Of a DNA stretch of 64,000 bases, positions 57,641 through 64,000 are shown piece by piece. Source of the stretch: Candidatus Latescibacterota bacterium (GTDB lineage: Bacteria > Latescibacterota > UBA2968 > GCA-2709665); assembly GCA_965219455.1 (NCBI GenBank), contig OZ244744.1:704001-768000 (forward strand), written 5' to 3'. The position numbers and the translations under genes were made by a program. Each line of letters begins with the position of its first letter. Position 1 is the stretch's first letter. The notes beneath the pieces are model-generated. The model saw only the letters and a program-made list of their open reading frames with translations. It was not told the origin of the DNA and did not search any database.

Positions 57641-59321
57641 CCCCAATTATTCACAAAAAAGGTAGTTTCCTTACCCAAGTCATTGTATTATATTATGGTT
57701 AGGCGAATAACCATACAACAATGAACTGGGAGGAAACTACCGTGGAAGTTCAAGATAGTCAACTCGCACTTCCTTTCGCAAGTGTTTCGGGCAAACCGGT
57801 AGAAGCCGTCTTCGATGGCGGTGTGCTCACCAGCGATATCGGGTTGATGCTGCTCCGAGAGGTGGCGTCCAAAATCGGCATCCTGTCTCGGATCGTCGAG
57901 GCGTTAACGGACCGTCGGCATCCAAGTTATGTGGATCACACGATGATGGACCTGATCAGCCAGCGTGTCTTTCAGATCGCGTGCGCGTATGAAGATGCGA
58001 ACGATTGCAATGCGTTGCGCGAGGACCCTGCGTTCAAGGCGGCCTGTGATCGGTTGCCGATATCAGGGGCGCCGTTGGCCAGCCAACCCACGATGAGTCG
58101 ATTGGAAAACGGGATTCGTCGCAGGGACTTATATCGTATTGCCGAGGCCCTTGTGGACGGATTTATCGCGTCCTACGATAGGCCTCCCGACGCGGTCGTT
58201 CTGGATATCGATGACACCGATGACGAGGTTCACGGCAAGCAACAGTTGTCGTTGTTCAATGGCTATTACGATGAACGCTGTTACATGCCCTTGCACATTT
58301 ATGAAGGCCGGACAGGAAGACTGATCACGACGCTGCTGCGTCCGGGCGCCCGTCCTACCGGCAAACAGATTGTCAGCATTCTTAAGCGACTGGTGAAAAT
58401 CCTTCGTGAGGCGTGGCCGGACGTGCGACTCTTTTTGCGTGGCGATGGCCATTTTTCCTGTCCTGAGGTCCACGACTTTTGCGACGAGCAAGACGTGTAT
58501 TTTGTGCTGGGACAGACGGGCAATGCCAGGCTTGCACAACGGGGACACGCGTTGATCGAGCAGGCAAAGGCCCAGTATCGGGAAACCGGACAGCCCGTGC
58601 AGTTATTTACCTGTTTCGCTTACCAGGCACATACCTGGGCCGTGCCAAGACGCATCATCTACAAAGCTGAAATCACCGCTTCCGGACAAGCCAATACACG
58701 CTTTGTCGTGACCAACCTGAAAAGTAGCCAGCCCTCATTCATCTACAAAACCGTCTATAGCGCGCGCGGCAGGATGGAAAACTTCATCAAGAATCACAAA
58801 ACCTTCCTCCATTCCGATCGTACCTCCTGCCACACCTTCGAAGCCAATCACTTCCGTCTCTTCCTGCATAGTGCCGCTTATGTCTTGATGCATACCCTTA
58901 CCGAAAAAGGACTCCGGGCTACCCAGTGGACGCACGCCCAGTTTAATACCATTCAGAATCGCATTCTCAAAGTCGCCGGGCGAGTGTCCGAACTCAAGAC
59001 CAAAATCAAACTCCATTTGCCAACATCATTTCCCTTGAAACACCTTTATGACACCATCCTCTGTAATTTGGCAAAGGCATATCCATAACGCCGTTTCACG
59101 CCGGCCGATCCATCCCTTTCTCATCGCCACAAAGTAAGACCAAGGCATCCGTCTGTCCTTTCCAACCACAAATCAAAGAACTCGACACCCCTCAATGCTG
59201 ACGGCACATCCAAAATTACTCATCATCGCGTCACCAACACGTCATTCGGATATTTTCCCTTCTACAGATCACTTTCTATTTCCAAAAACACTGTTCCGTT
59301 CAGTTTCATGAATTAGTCAGG
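57641..59321 (+). mobile_element. Complete IS1380-family element, 1681 bp
   Basis: Imperfect IRs CCCCAATTATTCACAAAA / CCTGACTAATTCATGAAA; 4-bp CTAA duplication at 57637-57640 and 59322-59325. Confidence 0.93.
57721..59088 (+). CDS. IS1380-family DDE transposase
   Basis: FDGGVLTSD, YEDANDC, SQPTMSRLEN, LDIDDT, HGKQQ, RGDGHF, YSARGRMENFIK. Confidence 0.95.
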   Translation: MNWEETTVEVQDSQLALPFASVSGKPVEAVFDGGVLTSDIGLMLLREVASKIGILSRIVEALTDRRHPSYVDHTMMDLISQRVFQIACAYEDANDCNALREDPAFKAACDRLPISGAPLASQPTMSRLENGIRRRDLYRIAEALVDGFIASYDRPPDAVVLDIDDTDDEVHGKQQLSLFNGYYDERCYMPLHIYEGRTGRLITTLLRPGARPTGKQIVSILKRLVKILREAWPDVRLFLRGDGHFSCPEVHDFCDEQDVYFVLGQTGNARLAQRGHALIEQAKAQYRETGQPVQLFTCFAYQAHTWAVPRRIIYKAEITASGQANTRFVVTNLKSSQPSFIYKTVYSARGRMENFIKNHKTFLHSDRTSCHTFEANHFRLFLHSAAYVLMHTLTEKGLRATQWTHAQFNTIQNRILKVAGRVSELKTKIKLHLPTSFPLKHLYDTILCNLAKAYP

Positions 59322-59901
59322 CTAAAATCGAGGAGAGTACGGAATCGAATCCACGCGACTTTTTCGCATTCGTCAATACTGGTAAGAGGTAAAAGGTTGA
59401 AAATCACCATGTCGTAGTCACGTATGTTTCGGATCTGTGCGAGTTGGGACCAGTGGAAGCAGTCAATCTGAAGATCCGTAGTCGTACGTTCGAAACCCTT
59501 AGCCCCGAAAATTATGACTTTTCGTTTGCGTGAAGCCATTATAAACGTGCCCCTCTATTAATACAAGATACCATCCAGTTTCCTGTGAATGGTGCACAGC
59601 CCCAGACCGCTCAGCTATCCAGTCAGGCGGACATAAATTCGATCAATTTGAACTTGGGACGGATCCCAAATGGGATCATATCAAAACGTTTCTCAATTGC
59701 AAGTCTGTCGTTTTTCTAAAAATAGCCCGTACGTCCACGATCTACTTCGCGAAGAACCCGGCGTCCTCGCTAACGCGGGATTTTAGCGCGGCTATTGATG
59801 AGTCGGAGTCCGATTCTCCGGTTTCGTTGTCGCGCCACAGAATCTACATCAGCCCGATCAAAGAAACCCGACCACCGTAATTCCCGTCGCCATCGAAAAG
59901 G

Positions 59902-59920
59902 TGTCGCAAATTGCGACAGT
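59902..59920. repeat. TGTCGCAAATTGCGACAGT palindrome, copy 1
   Basis: 7-3-7 inverted repeat; identical 19-mer at 63702-63720. Confidence 0.85.
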
Positions 59921-59964
59921 AACTTGGCCATACGTGGCGAAATGGGAGGGCACTCTTGTTTTGC

Positions 59965-61155
59965 CTACGATGACGACACCGTGGTTGCTCTTTCTCTCGC
60001 TTCCCCCGCCACAGCGACGATGTAGTCAGCGGCTCTGGTTAATTCCTGTCGGCGCAAAAACAGTTGCGTACCGGTCGGATTGACCAGTCCAGCATCCACC
60101 AGCAGGCCGTGTCTACCCCCATGATCTATCGACTGTGTCTTGATAAACTCAGCCAAGGGCTTCCAAGAGCCATGTTCTATAATGCATCGTCTATAACATT
60201 CTGCCAAGACGCGAATAAAGCCGACGTTGTAGGCAAACGTGGCGATACGAAACTTTGGGATCTCGTCGTCATCTATCGTCCCCGACACGAGGCCACCGTA
60301 TTCCTCTCTAGCGGCGGGCATGAATTCGTCGGCCCAGACGCGGCAACGCTCGTACAGGCTATCGATATCTATAATGTAGGTTGCATTCAGTTCCCGGCTG
60401 ATCCGCTTTCCATAGCCGACCTCAAGGTTCTTCAATATTGCGGCAAGCTGATTGACAGCCAGCAGATGATGGCTCGACGCGGCAACTGAGGATCGCTCGA
60501 ATTCGACTCTTCCACCGAACAAGCGGCTATTCTTGGCGAGGCGAACCGCCGTGCGATTGAAAGCATCTCGTTGATCGAACCTCGTAACGGTATGACCCTC
60601 AATGCGCTTGTTTTTCGATGCGTCGACGAACATCTGACGTAACGTCTTAATGTCGTCTTCTGCGTATAGAACTATGGTCATCGACGCGTTTCTCAGGGAC
60701 TCGAGTTTGTGCGCCTGTGTCTCGCCGGGCGTACTCGACAGATCGGCGAGAACGTCCTGAATGGCCCTTCGGCGGTGCTGGCCGTCGAAGATTTTCATTG
60801 TGTTGACACGGTTCGTGAGGATACGTAATTCACCGAAGTTCGGGTTGCCCGGCTCGTCGGTATCGTCCGTGTAAGGGTTGAATACCACCGCACTGGGGGC
60901 TATCCCAAGCAACAACGACCCCAACTGCCAATTGTCATGTTCTTCCAAGTATGTCTTGATTGCTCTCGCGTGACTTGGGGTAAGCCTCCGGTTCGCTTCT
61001 CTCACTACGTTGTCCTCCACACGCTGTGGCAACAGGCCATCAAGCGTTTCCAAATCGAGTGAGAAGTAATACACGTCTCGGCCTCCTTGCCGAAACCGAT
61101 GGGACGGAACCCGCAGGCTGTATTGGTTTTCCATTGGACCGATTTTTAGCGCCAT
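59965..61155 (-). CDS. DGQHR/DndB-like (ParB-fold) protein
   Basis: FRQGGR, ANRRL, IFDGQHRRRAI, QMFVD. Confidence 0.9.
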   Translation of the reverse strand: MALKIGPMENQYSLRVPSHRFRQGGRDVYYFSLDLETLDGLLPQRVEDNVVREANRRLTPSHARAIKTYLEEHDNWQLGSLLLGIAPSAVVFNPYTDDTDEPGNPNFGELRILTNRVNTMKIFDGQHRRRAIQDVLADLSSTPGETQAHKLESLRNASMTIVLYAEDDIKTLRQMFVDASKNKRIEGHTVTRFDQRDAFNRTAVRLAKNSRLFGGRVEFERSSVAASSHHLLAVNQLAAILKNLEVGYGKRISRELNATYIIDIDSLYERCRVWADEFMPAAREEYGGLVSGTIDDDEIPKFRIATFAYNVGFIRVLAECYRRCIIEHGSWKPLAEFIKTQSIDHGGRHGLLVDAGLVNPTGTQLFLRRQELTRAADYIVAVAGEARERATTVSSS

Positions 61156-61202
61156 CGTAAATCTCCATTATGATTCTCGCCTAACCACAATCCTGCTACT
61201 CT

Positions 61203-62783
61203 CTATCGGGATGTTTGTATCTCTGCCAGCTGTACGATGTAGTCGATCGCATCCAAAACGAGACTTTGACGAGCCTCAGGTGAAGTACCACCGGGAGCGA
61301 CAACCCCGGCATCAATCAACAAGGAGCCTTTGGTGACGCCCGGCTCAAGTGATACGCCACCCAGGAATTCAGCTAACGGCATCAAATCGGCTCCATCTCT
61401 TGTCCACTCATAGTAGCAGCCAGCCAGAATTCGTATAACTGTTGCGTTATAGGCCATCGTGGTTGTGCGTTTTTCGGGGATTTCGGAATTATCTATCTCT
61501 CCCGCCATGAGGTCGTTGTACTCGCTTCTTGCGGTTGGCATGAAGTCGTCTGCCCATGTCCAGCACCGGTCGTACAGCGAGTCCAGATCCAGCATGTATT
61601 CATCATTCCTTTCTTTTCTGACGCGGCCCTTATAACCAACTTCGAGCGTTTTCAGTGTCATCGCCAACTGATTAATGGCAATGATCTTTTGGCTGCTCCT
61701 GGGGACGGATGAACGCTCCATTTCGACCCTGTCGGCGAATAGATCGCTATTTCCCGCAATCCACAATGCAGCCAAATTGAACGCGTCTCTCTGGTCAAAT
61801 CTGGTTACTGTGTTTCGCTCAATGGCTCTGGTTTGCGCCGCATCCGCGAACATCTGCCGTAAGGCTTTAATATTGTCCTCGACATAGACCATCACCGGCA
61901 ACGAAGATTCTCTCAATGCCGAGAGTTTCTCGGCATAGCGCATGTTGTGTGAAAGTTCGAAAAGGACATCTTTAATTGCCCGCCGTCGGTGCTGTCCGTC
62001 AAACATCTTCATGCTCGCAAAAGCATCAGTCCGAATTCGTAACTCGCCTACTGAACTGATTTCATTTGGCTCTTCCAAATACGAGCGAAAATCGACAGCC
62101 TTCGGAGATATACCCAGCAATAGCGTTCCGAGTAACCAATCGTCGCGGGTTTCCAGATATTTCTGAATTTTCTTTGCATGACTTGGTGTCAGTGGACGGT
62201 TAGCGTCTTTGACGACTCTATCGTCCACACGGTCGGGCAGCTGTTTGTCCAAGGTCTCGAGATCAAGAACGAACGCATATACGTCCCGTCCACCCTGCCG
62301 AAACCTGTGGGCGGAAGTCACAAGTGGCATTAACTCGCGCCTGATCGTCTCAATCGCTTGACACTTTGCGGACTCATTGATCGCAGTAAGTACCTTTGCG
62401 ATATCCGTCAGGCGTTCACATACGTTCTCTACCTCCAGGTCTTCGAGTCCTGGATGTGCTGCGTCGTTACGCGCCTTGGCAATCCTATATAGAGTGTCCC
62501 AAGGCTTTTTGACTCGTTCAAGCACACCAGAAAATGCGTCATTCCAATATCTTTTCACAAGTGGGTAGAAGTCGGTGATGTCTATTGCCTCATCAACTGT
62601 GCGGCCTGTACTCAAGTTCTCCTCGAACTGGTTGTACCGATCATCACGCAGAGCGGCACGTATATGGTCGTCCACGGTGCCACCACGTACACGCTTAAGG
62701 CAGCGGACGATGAATGGTCTCATCGCGTCGCGATATATGTCTAGCGCATCAGTCAGAGCCTTACGATTGGGCCGTCCAGTCAT
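61203..62783 (-). CDS. Swt1-like HEPN domain fused to DGQHR/DndB-like domain
   Basis: ALDIYRDAMRPFI...WNDAF...RNDAAH (Rx4H); then FRQGGR, ANRPL, MFDGQHRRRAI; GGAGG before ATG 62783. Confidence 0.88.
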   Translation of the reverse strand: MTGRPNRKALTDALDIYRDAMRPFIVRCLKRVRGGTVDDHIRAALRDDRYNQFEENLSTGRTVDEAIDITDFYPLVKRYWNDAFSGVLERVKKPWDTLYRIAKARNDAAHPGLEDLEVENVCERLTDIAKVLTAINESAKCQAIETIRRELMPLVTSAHRFRQGGRDVYAFVLDLETLDKQLPDRVDDRVVKDANRPLTPSHAKKIQKYLETRDDWLLGTLLLGISPKAVDFRSYLEEPNEISSVGELRIRTDAFASMKMFDGQHRRRAIKDVLFELSHNMRYAEKLSALRESSLPVMVYVEDNIKALRQMFADAAQTRAIERNTVTRFDQRDAFNLAALWIAGNSDLFADRVEMERSSVPRSSQKIIAINQLAMTLKTLEVGYKGRVRKERNDEYMLDLDSLYDRCWTWADDFMPTARSEYNDLMAGEIDNSEIPEKRTTTMAYNATVIRILAGCYYEWTRDGADLMPLAEFLGGVSLEPGVTKGSLLIDAGVVAPGGTSPEARQSLVLDAIDYIVQLAEIQTSR

Positions 62784-62895
62784 CTCGCACCTCCAGGTTG
62801 AGAATCTCCCACAGTGATGACAAATCACACATTTCACTCGAACCAGCCAGAAAACATACCGATTCTGGCAAACATCCGATGCGGCGGTTATTTCT

Positions 62896-62925
62896 AATTT
62901 AACGTTTTACATTGTCTGTTGTCAA
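62896..62925 (-). promoter_or_regulatory. Sigma70-like promoter for the DGQHR pair
   Basis: TTGACA-18 bp-TAAATT in an AT-rich region. Confidence 0.5.
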
Positions 62926-63347
62926 GAAAAAAATTCAAGATTCAATATTATTAATTTTATTGTCGAGAATATAAAGGGGTACATCATTCATCCGACTTCG
63001 TGGTCTCCTCCGGGCCTGTTGGATTCCTTGGGGACGATTGTTATTCACTCGTTGTGCGAAACTATGCGTCATACGAGTTTACCGAAACCCTGTACAATGT
63101 CAGTCTGCTCCGAATGCCCAAACGCGGCAGGGGTGTTCTACCTCGTCAACTGCATCTGAACGCGATCTTAGCTGAAACGGAGATTCGACGGGATAGGACA
63201 CATTTCGGTCCTTATACATATTGAATATGATGTCCGTCTCCGATTACAAACGAAAAGGCTTGTCGCTTTTGCCGACAAACCCTTACCGATTTCCGAATAA
63301 CTATTTGAATATATTACACCTAAAGTCTAGCCCCGGCCAATCCCCTC

Positions 63348-63533
63348 CTACCTGAGTACGCTCTCATCGTTCCCATCACCGCTTTCTTCAAGGTAAAGAG
63401 TCGTGGCCTCTTTGAGGTTTTCCAACGCTTCCTTCGGGGAAGTGCCCTGGCTTACCGTACCCAATGCCGGACAATCGGCAACATACAAATCATCCTCTTT
63501 TGTGATCACCGCGGTTAAATTTCTCGCTGCCAT
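63348..63533 (-). CDS. hicB: HicB-family antitoxin-like protein, no hicA seen adjacent
   Basis: AVITKEDDLYVADCPALGTVSQGTSPKEALENLKEA..LYLE; GGAGG RBS. Confidence 0.85.
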   Translation of the reverse strand: MAARNLTAVITKEDDLYVADCPALGTVSQGTSPKEALENLKEATTLYLEESGDGNDESVLR

Positions 63534-63701
63534 TGGATCCTCCTGGAGAATCATTCGTCGTAACAAAATCCGGCAAATCCACGAAAAATACTGCATTTGG
63601 TGACTGTTTATCGCCCTCATTGCGAATATATCATACCGGTCAGCAGTGTGCAATCAGTTTTGTAGACTTGGACACCCTCATCGCAACTGACGGTGAGCAA
63701 C

Positions 63702-63720
63702 TGTCGCAAATTGCGACAGT
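63702..63720. repeat. TGTCGCAAATTGCGACAGT palindrome, copy 2
   Basis: Identical to 59902-59920, same orientation. Confidence 0.85.
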
Positions 63721-63803
63721 GACAGGGTTTCGGGTTTCCCTTTGTGTCTTTGTGTCTTCGTGTGAGAAAAGCCACCGGTTACTACGAATGGGTGAGGTGA
63801 CCG

Positions 63804-64000
63804 TTATCGCCCCATCTCCGCGTCTGCAGCCTTACGCTTTTCGAAAAATGCCCGAACGCTTATAAGCTGCTTCGCGAAGGACGCCGCATCCTCGCCATCA
63901 CTGAATTCGAGCGCCGATACCGCTGATTTGAATTCCTCATCGCCCGGATCGTCGTCCCCCGACAGAATCTTGTTCAGGCCGATGTAACCCTCGATCATGG
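63804..64000 (-). CDS. 3' end of a hypothetical gene entering from beyond the window
   Basis: Open frame to the window edge with protein-like composition. Confidence 0.5.
   Translation of the reverse strand, partial: MIEGYIGLNKILSGDDDPGDEEFKSAVSALEFSDGEDAASFAKQLISVRAFFEKRKAADAEMGR

Larger units (their letters stand above)
56481..59539 (-). pseudogene. PD-(D/E)XK nuclease-domain gene (457 aa when rejoined) interrupted by IS1380
   Basis: Removing the IS and one CTAA joins 59539-59322 in frame to 57636-56481 (...TLLDFSGTIDILINGG...); coiled coil then EDGW...LEIKS...Q. Confidence 0.85.

Noticed and set aside
59965-62783. Calling a DNA phosphorothioation (dnd) system
   Set aside because: Only DndB-like domains are present; no dndC, dndD, dndE or cysteine desulfurase seen
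63289-63326. dif/Xer-like site ATTTCCGAATAA...TTACACCTAAAG
   Set aside because: Spacer is 13 bp rather than 6 and the XerD arm match is poor
41935-63765. CTTTGTG/CTTCGTG short repeats at about 41935 and 63740 as island att sites
   Set aside because: Short low-complexity repeats of a common dispersed type; no integrase or tRNA nearby
1-64000. tRNA or rRNA genes
   Set aside because: None recognised by eye; tRNAscan-SE and Infernal would be needed to exclude them

Overview
The window has three parts. (i) 1-13.1 kb: a cluster of modular secreted proteins built from EF-hand/dockerin-like tags, cohesin-like domains, CARDB, YWTD propellers, LRRs, a metzincin domain and a FlgD-type C-terminal domain, with recent duplications, gene relics and one frameshift. 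(ii) 13.4-30 kb and 37.5-44 kb: mostly ordinary genes (vapBC, enolase-superfamily enzyme, GT2/radical SAM/GT2, DmpA peptidase, SSS symporter, larB, dusB, two endonuclease III-type genes, aldolase, ProX-like binding protein, dksA, SDR, SWIM protein). Between these, 30-37.4 kb holds a decayed accessory block with a WYL regulator, an ATPase with three AAA+ modules and phage-like ORFs, including a SAM-lyase-like remnant. (iii) 45.7-63.8 kb: a minus-strand defence island with HTH-ImmA/IrrE, PLD-SNF2 helicase, Shedu, Eco57I-like N6-adenine methyltransferase, a PD-(D/E)XK gene split by IS1380, and two tandem DGQHR/DndB paralogues, one fused to a Swt1-like HEPN domain. The best candidates for undescribed systems are the HEPN-DGQHR + DGQHR pair (no dnd genes in the window, bracketed by two identical palindromes) and a possible cohesin/dockerin-like surface display system for eukaryote-like repeat proteins. 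The repertoire resembles Latescibacterota/Gemmatimonadota-type marine or sponge symbionts (inference only). All family calls come from motif recognition by eye; no searches were run.
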